From Lytechinus pictus (Eukaryota): DNA of 64,000 bases. The position numbers were made by a program, and so were the translations under genes. The stretch is taken from contig NC_087250.1 of NCBI RefSeq assembly GCF_037042905.1, positions 5,582,001-5,646,000 of the forward strand, given 5' to 3'. Under the pieces are notes generated by a model. The model ran no database searches. It was not told the origin of the DNA and was given only the letters and a program-made list of their open reading frames with translations. The stretch's first letter is position 1. Each line of letters opens with the position of its first letter. Positions 1-14,560 of this stretch are shown here, one piece after another.

Positions 1-852
1 ATATATACGTTTATCACGTTGGTACGGCATAATTATTACAGAAAAATCAGTCTTTGCAAATCACCTGGATTAAAACAATCAAGTAAATCTTTTTTTTAAA
101 TGAATAAATGGGTTTTTCATGTATTTATCCACCATCAGGTGATAGCGTCATCGAAAAGAAAAATTATTTATCGATAATATTTTCAACGATATTAATAATG
201 ATAATTATAATGATAATAATGTATAAGATGCCATATATCTTCACGGATGTTTCAAAGTAAGCATTCTTTCTGCATACATTGAAACATGCGGGTTAATATA
301 GTCGTGTTTGTTCCGCCTTCCTTGTTCCGCAATGTCAATTTATAAAATATTTCTCTGAACAAAATCATTATTTATTAGATAGTTATCCGAAATATAAATT
401 ATTGATATTCATAGGCGCGCAATCTCCAATAAATATCAGAGAGAGAGGAAGGGGTGCACAGAAAAACCCTTTTCCATTTCTGACACTTACATGTAAACGG
501 TTTGGAGGGATATCCACTCTGTAAATGCCCCCCCCCCCCCAACTCATCAATGGCACATGAATGAATAAATTGGGGCACCAATTCTTATGACAATAGCCCA
601 TTTCTTTTTCAATCAGTTATCAATCGATATTCAACGGGGTGCACCCGTTGTGATACTTCCTTTGTTTTGTCTCTAAAGAAAACTCCTTCACACCTCTTAT
701 AACTTTCAACCTCTCAAAGGACAGGTCTACGCTATTAGTATGGCGGCTTGGTGGGGGGGGGGGGGTGGCCTGTAGTGGTCCTATAGGCATATACGTACGA
801 ACATGTAACACGATTTCTGTAGTTTTAATTATACATGTAGTTCTTTATTATA

Positions 853-1671
853 CAGTGCGTCCCAGAAAAAACGAAACCGAGATTTAGCGATGATTTATCA
901 TAACTTAATCACAAATGAAATAGACAAATGACCTACCAATGTAAAGCTTGGAATCTCCTCTTTCATCTGATATTACTAAGATTATTTTTTCTTCACGCAT
1001 GAGTGAGCAAAAACAATTTGAAGAGGGGATACCAAAAAGTAATTTGGCTGGTTGTATCTGGCTTTCAAAAGGAAAACCACATTGTTAAAGAATTCAATAT
1101 CTGCCCTTTAATTTGATACCTCAATTACAGAAAATGGTCAAGAAATAACAAAGTTCTGGTTATTTGAAATAAGGCTTGAATTTCAATAATTTCATAAAAT
1201 TAAGAGGTTTTACAGGCTAGCGTTCAAACTCACTCGACACTCCGTTTTGTTTACGATCAGCCATGTATTAAGTCTTTTGTTAACCGTGCGATAGCTTATG
1301 TGGGAAACCGGTGAAAACAGTTTATTTAATGAAATTATGGAAATTCAAGCCTTATTTCAAATAACCAGAACTTTGTTATTTCTTGACCATTTTCTGTGAT
1401 TGAGGTATCAAATCAAAGAGCGGATATTGAACTTTTAAGACATGTGATTTTCTTTTTGAAATTCAGATACTCCCCTCCAAATGACTTTTTGGTATCCTTT
1501 CTTCAAATTGTTTTTGCTCATTCATGCGTGAATGAGGAACATTCTAAGTAATATCACATGAAAGAGGAGATTCTAAGCTTTACCTTGGTAGGTCATTTGT
1601 CTATTGCATTTGTGATTAAGTTATGATAAATCATCGCTAAATCTCGGTTTCGTTTTTTCTGAGACGCACTG
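853..1671. mobile_element. Non-autonomous Tc1/mariner-type element with long TIRs and TA TSD
   Basis: ta|cagtgcgtcccagaaaaaacgaaaccgag ... ctcggtttcgttttttctgagacgcactg|ta; inverted arms about 350 bp; empty paralogous site at 3388-3410. Confidence 0.9.
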
Positions 1672-4175
1672 TATATCGGACTATAATGTTTATCATGTTT
1701 ATAGGACTTTATAGTTTTTTTTTTTTTTTTTTTTTAACACCAACTACTTACGACATACTTTTCTTTCATAATTGGCAACGAAAGGCAAGTGGTATGATAT
1801 ATACATATATTGCAAAGCATGACTTGGAGAGCAGAAATTAATAACAGAACATACATTAGAGCGTGAACATCTCCGATGAAGAGATATAGATGATAAATTG
1901 GACAAGAAAAATAATTGTCTGTCTGTGAAAACAGTGGCGGCAAGGGGGCATTTATGCCCCCCTCCCCTGAAATTTGAAGAAAAAAATGTTTTGTAAATGC
2001 TGTCATGTCATAAGCATCCTATACTAAAGCCATGAAAGCTGTAAAACTATATAAACAAAAACCGTTTTCCACTATTCAGATAAAAAAAAAATTCTCATCA
2101 AAAAACAGAAAATAAATTATTCGAAGGTATTGAGTGCCTCAAACTACTTTATCGGGATTACGAGATTTTATATTATTTCATCTACATCATCTTTCACCTT
2201 GAAAAAATGGCAGCATTAGATAGTCTCGTAACAAGACACACACAACTATTTTCAAACAGAAATGAACTTCATTCCTCTCCTTACGAAAATAATTTGTCTT
2301 GTAATAACCGAAGAAAGAAAAAATATGAAAAAATACAGAAATCAAAGATGAATAAGGATTCATTGTAGATATAATAGGGTGATCCAGAACGAATGCTTCG
2401 CCCCGCCCCCCCCCCTCTACTTCCCCCCCCCCCCCCCCCCCGCCTCTCGCAGCGCCCCGAAAGAAATAAGAAAAAGAAAGAAAGCTTGCGTACTTTTTTA
2501 AATAAAAATTAGGATTTTTAATGATTCAACTTTGGAATCTGAAATAATGTGTTTACTTTAATAAAGAATTCGAAAGCTTTAGAATACGACAACTGGTCCA
2601 TGTGACAAGTAGAAGACGCAGTGTTTTACTGATAACTTGACATTTTGTTAAGTAAGCACTGTAATGAATCCTTGCCGTGATTAGCTGGAAGCAGGGTTCA
2701 AGTATAACAAAAATTATCTGATAGTTATCAGTCAGTAACAAATTGACCTTACAATATTTGAAATTAAGTTAATAGATAGTAGGGTCCAATGGGGCGCGAA
2801 AATAACCGAATTTTAATTATATTTTCCTGATATTTTAAACAATCACACTCAAACATCGTAATTGGCATTATTACTTTCTGATTAGATCTCGTAATCAAGC
2901 TTGTGTCTTGCAAATATGTGCGAAATTTGCAATTCATTGATTATCTGCTTCTTGACACAAGGAGTGTAATCTCATTTGCTGCAGTTGAAATCTATCAATT
3001 GTAAAATTATATCAGAATATTTGCAATTGGTATATAATCCAACAGCTACCAATGGCCCTTTTTAGGGCCACCAAAAAATCAAGAAAGAATACTGTCCTCT
3101 AGTATGGTAACAAATGACTACCACATAATAAGATAATTAATTAGAAATAAATCATTTGCAAATATGAACAAAAAACAAAGCAAATACATGTAGCCTAGTT
3201 TATTTCTATAATTGATTTATTACAAATCATATGCCCATATATACACTGGTACATACCCTTCTTGTTATACAATACAATTGTTAACAAAATCAAAATGGCC
3301 GCCAACCTGTCTATAGTGGCCACCTGTCTATAGTGGTCACTTTCTCTGCTTCCCTTGAGTGTCCACTATAGACAGATTTGACTCTTATTCTTTATTATAT
3401 ATCGGACTATAATGTTTATCAAGTTTATAGGACTTTATAGTTTTTTTTTTTTTAACACCAACTACTTACGACATACTTTTCTTTCATAATTGGCAACGAA
3501 AGGCAAGTGGTATGATATATACATATATTGCAAAGCATGACTTGGAGAGCAGAAATTAATAACAGAACATACATTAGAGCGTGAACATCTCCGATGAAGA
3601 GATAGAGATGATAAATTGGAGAAGAAAAATAATTGTCTGTCTGCGAAAACGTGGCGGCAAGGGGGCATTTATGCCCCCCTCCCCCGAAATTTGAAAAAAA
3701 ATGTTTTGTAAATGCTGTCATGTCATAAGCATCCTATACTAAAGCCATGGAAGCTGTAAAACTATATAAACAAAAACCGTTTTTCACTATTCAGATTTAA
3801 AAAAAAATTCTCATCAGAAAACAGAAAATAAATTATTCGAAGGTATTGAGTGCCACAAACTACTTTATCGGGATTACGAGATTTTATATTATTTCATCTA
3901 CATCATCTTTCATCTTTAAAAAATGGCAGCATTTGATTGGTCTCATAACAAGACACACACAACTATTTTCAAACAGAAATGAACTTCATTCCTCTCCTTA
4001 CAAAAATAATTTGTTTAGTAATTATAACCGAAAAAAGAAAAATATGAAAAATACAGAAATCAAAGATGAATAAGGATTCATTGTAGATTTAATAGGGTGA
4101 TCCAGAACGAATGCTTCGCCCCACCCCCCCCCCCTACTCGCGGCGCCCCCAAAGAAATAGGAAAAAGGAAGAAAA
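1672..4175 (+). repeat. Local direct duplication (~1672-2480 vs ~3398-4175)
   Basis: About 800 bp of near-identical text with scattered substitutions and homopolymer differences. Confidence 0.9.
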
Positions 4176-5267
4176 GAGATAAAGAGAAAAAAGGGAAGGA
4201 GTGGAAAAATTTGGACAAAAAATGGGAGTAAAAAAAGTAAATGAAATACATGAAAGGGAATGCAGGTGCGCAGATAGGTGGCGCTTGGAGCATTCCCCCC
4301 CCCCCCCAAAAAAAAAAGTTACAAAGGGGGGAGCTTGTATTGACACAAAATTTTTTCGCTCTTCTGGTCGGAGATGGTTAACACTACCATCTTTTTCCGA
4401 GTCCAGCAATTTTGGCAAGTATATGCTCTAATAAGGGGCAGGCATAAAATTTGTGCCGTGCTATACGCAAAATTATGTAGGATGAAACCTTATTTTATAT
4501 TGCTGCAAATTCATCTATAGCTGTTTTGCTCCATTAATTTGAATTTTGGAAATCACTCAAATTTCTTATGCCAATAGACAAAAGGAAGCGCATAATATTA
4601 TAGAAATCATACATATCTTAATCCAAAATAAAAACACAAAGGCTTCTGTGCTTGGCACGCTTCATTGAAAAGAAAAAATACCTCTCCTTGTATCACCCCT
4701 GTCCTATTTTGACTTTTAGAGATTAAACGTTTTTATATCATTTGAAATAAGAGTGTACAATAACTTTGAACCTCTTTTACTATTTGCATTCATCAAAGTA
4801 TTCTGTAGAATGTTTTAATTTTTAGGTTGAAAAATCTCAAAATGTAACTCCAACCTGTTCTTTTTCCATACATTCGGTACGGCATTCATTACAATATTAT
4901 ACTCTTGAAAAAGCTTGCGTACTTTTTTTTCAAATAAACATTATATTTTTTATAATGATTTAACTTTGGAATCTGAAATAATGTGTTTACTTTAATTAAG
5001 AATTTCAATGTGGAACCATATTTTGAAGAACAATACATCAATTATGATTTTTTTTTTATTCAAACCAAATACAGACTTTCCTTCTCGATCTGAATGTTTT
5101 GAAAACCTGTATTCTTTTGAACGGTTTGCTTAAAATTCAACCAAGCGTATTTGATCACCTTATAATAATATGACATTCTTATTTCATCTATATACTCTAA
5201 TTTTCTTCTCTGTACAGTTACTTTGTATTTCAAAATCAAATCCGATGATCTTTGCAAGGTTTGCATG

Positions 5268-5670
5268 GTGGAGTTTATAACGCGGCGAAGGTTTACGGTT
5301 CACCATGTGTAATGTGAAGAAGGGAAAGGAAATACAGGCAGAAAATTGAAATGGAAAGACGAGAAAGGATGAAAAAAGGAAATTAGAGGCACTCTTTACT
5401 TGAAAGTGAGAGAATTCCTGAAAACGACTGTAAAACCAAACGAGAAGAGCTGAATATGCCTTGGGTGGCAAAGATTTGAGTAGTTGCAGGTTAAAGTTCA
5501 ACCTGTTACAGTCCTTTTCAGGACTTCACTCACTTTGAAGAAAATATACCTCTAATTTCCTCTTTTTTCATCCTTTCTCGTCTTTCCATTTCAATTTTCT
5601 GCCTTTATTTCCATCCCGTTCATTACGTTACACATGGTGAACCGTAAACCATCTCCACGTAAAATTGATT
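5268..5670. mobile_element. MITE-like inverted-repeat element
   Basis: ggtttacggttcaccatgtgtaa...gaaattagagg is mirrored by cctctaatttc...ttacacatggtgaaccgtaaacc; ends approximate. Confidence 0.6.
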
Positions 5671-6289
5671 CCTCCATACTGAGAAAGTTGATCAATAATT
5701 CAACTAAATTGCGACGTTTTGTATTTATAATAACACAACATCCATTTCGATAAAAATGTTTGGAGTAACATATTAAAATCAACTATTTTTAGTCCATTTA
5801 AATCATATTGCATATAAACGAATTTGCTCTTTACTTTTTATATATCTTTCCATTCCATAGAAAAAAAGCCAATAAGGAGGTTAAACGCTTTCTACATACT
5901 AAATTACTGACTTTCTTGTGGATCGATAATTGATATACGGAGACCATTCCATTCCTTGTTTTTATTTGGCAATAAGTCATGATTGACTATTTTTGCCACT
6001 CACTATATAAAGAGTAGGGTAACAATTTTATTCATTATTATCATTATTATTATTTTTTTCTTTTTTTCCTTTTTTTATTATTTCTTGTATATTCATTTTT
6101 TTTTCTATGAAAAAACAAACAAAACAAAACATTTAATACATATAAAAAAAAAAGGATATAAGGTCGTTGATCTACGATCTATGTGATATTGTATAAGAGA
6201 AAATCATTCTAACAAGAGGGGCTAACATTTTAACAAGTTTTTCGGTACTTTGAATTTTCAGTGTACCAAGCATCATTTGTGATATATTC

Positions 6290-7124
6290 GCGACTTGGCT
6301 CTATCCTTGTCAGATAGTGGCTGAAACGAGACTAGTGGCCTACGAAGATAACTAGCGATAACTCTAGCAATGGCGATACCCGAGTGAACGCGCGAGCCGA
6401 ACGACTTGTCGTGAGGGCCGTTTGGAACCTGACTTTTTTCTTATGTTAACCATTGTTCCGAGTCGGAATTGCTACCTGAGAGGTAGCGGCCAATCAGCCA
6501 ACGATTATCGCATCACGTCAGCATATATGCTTGCATGCTGCAATGTAAATAAACTTCTCAGCACGTGAGCTTTGTCTTTTTTCGACACGTTTAAACTTTT
6601 TCTTCAACACTTACACAGCACTCACATTGTGAAATGTACGTAGTAAAAACAAACGTAACCCGTTGCTATTTACAAAAGGACTACACGCAAGACTAAAGAA
6701 TGAAGTCGGATCGGTTCATTTTATACAGAGGGAGGATAAATTAATTTCACTAAATATTTTCAGCTATGCTCGTTGAATCTTTCTTTGTTATTTTCATTTT
6801 CTTATTTTAAAGTATCTGCTAGATAACTTTAGTACCTTATTGAGCATCGTAAATAAAATATTATTTTCAATGGTTGCATTTTCTTACATGGCTTCACAAT
6901 GAACGAACCACAGTGTGAAGCTCCTGTTCGGATTGGTCAATATTCGGAGGGTGACTATAATTAGCATGCTCATGAATAATTCTTAGCAAGCGGTGAAACC
7001 CAGGTTCCAAAAGGCCCTCACGAAAAGTCGTTCGGCTCGCGCGTTCACTTGGGTATCGCCGGTTATTTTCGTAGGCCGCTAGTCTCGTTTCAGCCACTAC
7101 CTGACTAGGATAGAGCCAAGTCGC
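6290..7124. mobile_element. MITE-like element with ~130-bp TIRs
   Basis: gcgacttggctctatcct...tggaacctg (6290-6430) is the diverged reverse complement of caggttcca...aggatagagccaagtcgc (7002-7124). Confidence 0.75.
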
Positions 7125-7389
7125 AAGGGCCTTTACAAAAGCTACATTGTAACAAGATGTAACGGTAACAAGATGTAACGTACATGTGTTTTCATTTTTT
7201 TTTTCAAAATTGAGCCACCGACCGGAAATGGCCACTCACTTGTAGAGCGCTCGCGTCAAGGACGGGAGGTTATGGGTTCGAACATTTGAAAATTTTACCT
7301 AAAGAATGGAAATTCTAAGCCCTTTTGGTAACTTAAATATAATAACTCTATTCATATTTTGTAAATCATTAAAGGGTCTTTATTACATT

Positions 7390-8310
7390 AATAATGCGAG
7401 TGCAAAGTGCAGCCAGAAAATGTTTATATACGTTTAATTTGAACTGAACGAAAAGGTACCTGTTAAAGATTGCTTTTATCATGAAAAATCAAAGCGAGCG
7501 CGAAGCGTGAGCTTAAACTATTTGATACTCCGATTTGAAAAAAGAATAAATTTCAGCTATATATTTTAAGCACTTTGTAAGAAAGTTGGGAGGTGGATAT
7601 GGATCGCACTTAATAAAGCGCTGATATTTTTCATTATTTTTTTTAGTTTTGACATAGGATCGGGACATCGTTAAGACATGTGATATGAAAATGATGACTA
7701 TCTTCCTATTCCTCTTGCTAAGCGCGAGATGAAACAAAAGGGACAATTTAATAATTAAATTAATATATTATTTATCAATGCCTAATAAGGGCGAGAAATC
7801 TGATGACATTATGGCCTGAAAACTGGACATGTCAAGCACTTTTGTAATTATGAATTGAATGCATCAGTTAAAATATTTTTCAACCATTAATGCGAGCACA
7901 AATCGCGAGCCAATGTCTTTGATAAACTGTCATGAAAATCAATATTGAGACATACATCTCTCGCCAATCAAAATGAGAGCGAGTAGCGCTATCTGATATG
8001 TTTTGACAATCAGACTTGAAAAGGGGTATTTGTCAAACTAAATGGAATACACGAAAATAATAGGTACTTAATAAATCGAAATTTGCGAGCGCTCAGCGCG
8101 AGCAGAAAATGTCAATATTCAGACCATAAAGCTGTCATTTTTTACAGAGCACTTTTTAAAAATCAGTTTGTAAATCACACAAAATAATAAAAGTTCGATT
8201 TCCGAGGTAAAATATGTAATGTATATTTACTTCCAAACTTGATATTTAAGTTCCATATTGAACAATCACCTAACAGGCAATGCGAGCGCGAAGCGCGAGC
8301 AAAAAATGTT
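7390..8310 (+). repeat. Interspersed repeat with recurring GCGAGCGCGAAGCGCGAGC motifs
   Basis: Motif recurs about every 100 bp; related copies at 52290-53050 (minus) and 55200-56830 (plus). Confidence 0.65.
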
Positions 8311-11300
8311 ATATAGTGACATGAAAGATTATTTTTATTTTCCAAGTCTTCCCCTCATCTTATTTTATCTACTCTGGAAAATTTGACAAGCAAAAAAAGA
8401 AAAAAAAGGTTTCACCCAAAATGTAAGGTCATTTAGTCCAAAATACATGTATTATTTCGAGTGTGAATGGTGTATTTTTTCTCAAAAAGACCAGAAATAG
8501 TAGAAGGACATTTGATATTGTTTCCCCCTACTATTTTTGGTAGGGGGACACGTCCCCCTATCCCCCTGGGATTTCCGCCCACGGTTATAATGACATATTA
8601 TGTTATGCAAGGTCCACTAGAAGAAACGGTCACAGCTGAGAGTGACTATCATGCGTAGATAAGAGCTATTTTATAGTGCTATTATAATCATTACTATCAT
8701 TTATATTAATATGAGAAGAAATACGACACAATATGGAATTTGCCAATCGTAATTTCCGTCCAGGAACTTTGGCCAAAATATCAAACAGGCGTTCTACATA
8801 TATACCAATAATATTGAGGGTAAAAAATAATTGCAAGAGACGTTTTATATATGCTTTTTACGATGTTACATACAATTCAATAACAAAGTAAGCCTGATAA
8901 AAACTTAGATTTTCAGACAGTGATTCAGATAATACAATACAGTAGTGCTTACCGACTGGAACTCTCCCTGAGATTCCTCCCTCGGGATCCAAGATTACAA
9001 CGCACATAATTAAGATGTTAACGTATGAACTAAACATTTTGAGCTGCTAAAGTATGATAAACTTAACGAATTTGAACTAATTCTCTCTTACGAACAAACT
9101 TCGCAGATCTAAAGATGCCGGCGAAGAAATATGAAATATTCGTTAATTGATTGTTCGAGTAGAAGTCAATTCCTTAAAAACGATCTATTTTTATATAACA
9201 CAAGTCATAATCTATATTTGTTAAATCATAAATGCTAATTTGTGTAATTATTAACGAAGAAAAAAGATAGATAATTCTTTCTATACTCTAAGGATTCTCA
9301 GGATGACTGCCAGCTTAAACAAGAAGGGGGCGTGGTCGAAAGCTTTAGAATACGACAGCTGGTCCATGTATTACAAGTAGAAGACGTGTTTTACTGATAA
9401 CTTGACATTTTGTTAAGTAAGCACTGTAATCAATGCTTGCCGTGATTAGCTGGAAGCAGGAATCAAGTATCACAAAAATTATCTGAGAGTTATCAGTCAG
9501 TGACAAATTGACCTTACAATATTTGAAATGAAGTTAATAGATTAGTTAATGGGGCGCGAAAATAACCGAATTGTAATTATATTTTTCTGATATCTTAAAC
9601 AATCACACTCAAACATCGTAATTGGCATTATTACTTTCCGATTAGATCTCGTTATCAACCATGTGTCTTGCAATTATGTGCGAAATTTGCAATTCATTGC
9701 TTATCTGCTTCTTGACACACGGAGTGTAATCTAATTGGCTGCAGTTGAAATCTATCAATTGTAAAATTATATCAGAATATTTGCAATTGGTTGCAAATAT
9801 TTTATTGCAACACCCCCCCCCCCCCATATGCATACATGTACAAAATAAAAGAGCGCATGTTACAGTGTTTAATATAGTGACATGAAAGATTATTTTTATT
9901 TTCCAAGTCTTCCCCTCATCTTATTTTATCTACTCTGGAAAATTTGACAAGCAAAAAAAGAAAAAAAAGGTTTCACCCAAAATGTAAGGTCATTTAGTCC
10001 AAAATACATGTATTATTTCGAGTGTGAATGGTGTATTTTTTCTCAAAAAGACCAGAAATAGTAGAAGGACATTTGATATTGTTTCCCCCTACTATTTTTG
10101 GTAGGGGGACACGTCCCCCTATCCCCCTGGGATTTCCGCCCACGGTTATAATGACATATTATGTTATGCAAGGTCCACTAGAAGAAACGGTCACAGCTGA
10201 GAGTGACTATCATGCATAGATAAGAGCTATTTTATAGTGCTATTATAATCATTACTATCATTTATATTAATATGAGAAGAAATACGACACAATATGGAAT
10301 TTGCCAATCGTAATTTCCGTCCAGGAACTTTGGCCAAAATATCAAACAGGCGTTCTACATATATACCAATAATATTGAGGGTAAAAAATAATTGCAAGAG
10401 ACGTTTTATATATGCTTTTTACGATGTTACATACAATTCAATAACAAAGTAAGCCTGATAAAAACTTAGATTTTCAGACAGTGATTCAGATAATACAATA
10501 CAGTAGTGCTTACCGACTGGAACTCTCCCTGAGATTCCTCCCTCGGGATCCAAGATTACAACGCACATAATTAAGATGTTAACGTATGAACTAAACATTT
10601 TGAGCTGCTAAAGTATGATAAACTTAACGAATTTGAACTAATTCTCTCTTACGAACAAACTTCGCAGATCTAAAGATGCCGGCGAAGAAATATGAAATAT
10701 TCGTTAATTGATTGTTCGAGTAGAAGTCAATTCCTTAAAAACGATCTATTTTTATATAACACAAGTCATAATCTATATTTGTTAAATCATAAATGCTAAT
10801 TTGTGTAATTATTAACGAAGAAAAAAGATAGATAATTCTTTCTATACTCTAAGGATTCTCAGGATGACTGCCAGCTTAAACAAGAAGGGGGCGTGGTCGA
10901 AAGCTTTAGAATACGACAGCTGGTCCATGTATTACAAGTAGAAGACGTGTTTTACTGATAACTTGACATTTTGTTAAGTAAGCACTGTAATCAATGCTTG
11001 CCGTGATTAGCTGGAAGCAGGAATCAAGTATCACAAAAATTATCTGAGAGTTATCAGTCAGTGACAAATTGACCTTACAATATTTGAAATGAAGTTAATA
11101 GATTAGTTAATGGGGCGCGAAAATAACCGAATTGTAATTATATTTTTCTGATATCTTAAACAATCACACTCAAACATCGTAATTGGCATTATTACTTTCC
11201 GATTAGATCTCGTTATCAACCATGTGTCTTGCAATTATGTGCGAAATTTGCAATTCATTGCTTATCTGCTTCTTGACACACGGAGTGTAATCTAATTGGC

Positions 11301-14300
11301 TGCAGTTGAAATCTATCAATTGTAAAATTATATCAGAATATTTGCAATTGGTTGCAAATATTTTATTGCAACACCCCCCCCCCCCCATATGCATACATGT
11401 ACAAAATAAAAGAGCGCATGTTACAGTGTTTAATATAGTGACATGAAAGATTATTTTTATTTTCCAAGTCTTCCCCTCATCTTATTTTATCTACTCTGGA
11501 AAATTTGACAAGCAAAAAAAGAAAAAAAAGGTTTCACCCAAAATGTAAGGTCATTTAGTCCAAAATACATGTATTATTTCGAGTGTGAATGGTGTATTTT
11601 TTCTCAAAAAGACCAGAAATAGTAGAAGGACATTTGATATTGTTTCCCCCTACTATTTTTGGTAGGGGGACACGTCCCCCTATCCCCCTGGGATTTCCGC
11701 CCACGGTTATAATGACATATTATGTTATGCAAGGTCCACTAGAAGAAACGGTCACAGCTGAGAGTGACTATCATGCATAGATAAGAGCTATTTTATAGTG
11801 CTATTATAATCATTACTATCATTTATATTAATATGAGAAGAAATACGACACAATATGGAATTTGCCAATCGTAATTTCCGTCCAGGAACTTTGGCCAAAA
11901 TATCAAACAGGCGTTCTACATATATACCAATAATATTGAGGGTAAAAAATAATTGCAAGAGACGTTTTATATATGCTTTTTACGATGTTACATACAATTC
12001 AATAACAAAGTAAGCCTGATAAAAACTTAGATTTTCAGACAGTGATTCAGATAATACAATACAGTAGTGCTTACCGACTGGAACTCTCCCTGAGATTCCT
12101 CCCTCGGGATCCAAGATTACAACGCACATAATTAAGATGTTAACGTATGAACTAAACATTTTGAGCTGCTAAAGTATGATAAACTTAACGAATTTGAACT
12201 AATTCTCTCTTACGAACAAACTTCGCAGATCTAAAGATGCCGGCGAAGAAATATGAAATATTCGTTAATTGATTGTTCGAGTAGAAGTCAATTCCTTAAA
12301 AACGATCTATTTTTATATAACACAAGTCATAATCTATATTTGTTAAATCATAAATGCTAATTTGTGTAATTATTAACGAAGAAAAAAGATAGATAATTCT
12401 TTCTATACTCTAAGGATTCTCAGGATGACTGCCAGCTTAAACAAGAAGGGGGCGTGGTCGAAAGCTTTAGAATACGACAGCTGGTCCATGTATTACAAGT
12501 AGAAGACGTGTTTTACTGATAACTTGACATTTTGTTAAGTAAGCACTGTAATCAATGCTTGCCGTGATTAGCTGGAAGCAGGAATCAAGTATCACAAAAA
12601 TTATCTGAGAGTTATCAGTCAGTGACAAATTGACCTTACAATATTTGAAATGAAGTTAATAGATTAGTTAATGGGGCGCGAAAATAACCGAATTGTAATT
12701 ATATTTTTCTGATATCTTAAACAATCACACTCAAACATCGTAATTGGCATTATTACTTTCCGATTAGATCTCGTTATCAACCATGTGTCTTGCAATTATG
12801 TGCGAAATTTGCAATTCATTGCTTATCTGCTTCTTGACACACGGAGTGTAATCTAATTGGCTGCAGTTGAAATCTATCAATTGTAAAATTATATCAGAAT
12901 ATTTGCAATTGGTTGCAAATATTTTATTGCAACACCCCCCCCCCCCCCCCATATGCATACATGTACAAAATAAAAGAGCGCATGTTACAGTGTTTAATAT
13001 AGTGACATGAAAGATTATTTTTATTTTCCAAGTCTTCCCCTCATCTTATTTTATCTACTCTGGAAAATTTGACAAGCAAAAAAAGAAAAAAAAGGTTTCA
13101 CCCAAAATGTAAGGTCATTTAGTCCAAAATACATGTATTATTTCGAGTGTGAATGGTGTATTTTTTCTCAAAAAGACCAGAAATAGTAGAAGGACATTTG
13201 ATATTGTTTCCCCCTACTATTTTTGGTAGGGGGACACGTCCCCCTATCCCCCTGGGATTTCCGCCCACGGTTATAATGACATATTATGTTATGCAAGGTC
13301 CACTAGAAGAAACGGTCACAGCTGAGAGTGACTATCATGCATAGATAAGAGCTATTTTATAGTGCTATTATAATCATTACTATCATTTATATTAATATGA
13401 GAAGAAATACGACACAATATGGAATTTGCCAATCGTAATTTCCGTCCAGGAACTTTGGCCAAAATATCAAACAGGCGTTCTACATATATACCAATAATAT
13501 TGAGGGTAAAAAATAATTGCAAGAGACGTTTTATATATGCTTTTTACGATGTTACATACAATTCAATAACAAAGTAAGCCTGATAAAAACTTAGATTTTC
13601 AGACAGTGATTCAGATAATACAATACAGTAGTGCTTACCGACTGGAACTCTCCCTGAGATTCCTCCCTCGGGATCCAAGATTACAACGCACATAATTAAG
13701 ATGTTAACGTATGAACTAAACATTTTGAGCTGCTAAAGTATGATAAACTTAACGAATTTGAACTAATTCTCTCTTACGAACAAACTTCGCAGATCTAAAG
13801 ATGCCGGCGAAGAAATATGAAATATTCGTTAATTGATTGTTCGAGTAGAAGTCAATTCCTTAAAAACGATCTATTTTTATAGAACACAAGTCATAATCTA
13901 TATTTGTTAAATCATAAATGCTAATTTGTGTAATTATTAACGAAGAAAAAAGATAGATAATTCTTTCTATACTCTAAGGATTCTCAGGATGACTGCCAGC
14001 TTAAACAAGAAGGGGGCGTGGTCGAAAGCTTTAGAATACGACAGCTGGTCCATGTATTACAAGTAGAAGACGTGTTTTACTGATAACTTGACATTTTGTT
14101 AAGTAAGCACTGTAATCAATGCTTGCCGTGATTAGCTGGAAGCAGGAATCAAGTATCACAAAAATTATCTGAGAGTTATCAGTCAGTGACAAATTGACCT
14201 TACAATATTTGAAATGAAGTTAATAGATTAGTTAATGGGGCGCGAAAATAACCGAATTGTAATTATATTTTTCTGATATCTTAAACAATCACACTCAAAC

Positions 14301-14560
14301 ATCGTAATTGGCATTATTACTTTCCGATTAGATCTCGTTATCAACCATGTGTCTTGCAATTATGTGCGAAATTTGCAATTCATTGCTTATCTGCTTCTTG
14401 ACACACGGAGTGTAATCTAATTGGCTGCAGTTGAAATCTATCAATTGTAAAATTATATCAGAATATTTGCAATTGGTTGCAAATATTTTATTGCAACACC
14501 CCCCCCCCCCCCCCATATGCATACATGTACAAAATAAAAGAGCGCATGTTACAGTGTTTA
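8311..14560 (+). repeat. Tandem array of 4 near-identical 1561-1564 bp units
   Basis: Units start at 8311, 9872, 11433 and 12997. Differences I noticed: poly-C length (13,13,16,16), one G/A near 8656 and one T/G near 13882. Confidence 0.97.

Noticed and set aside
7228..7285. tRNA-like fragment with GGTTCGAA
   Set aside because: Truncated with no full cloverleaf; at most a SINE head remnant.
8467..14522. Repeated 63-64 aa ORFs in the tandem array
   Set aside because: No recognisable domain; identity reflects recent DNA duplication, and the plus-strand ORF overlaps a repeat fragment also seen inverted near 46815-47085.
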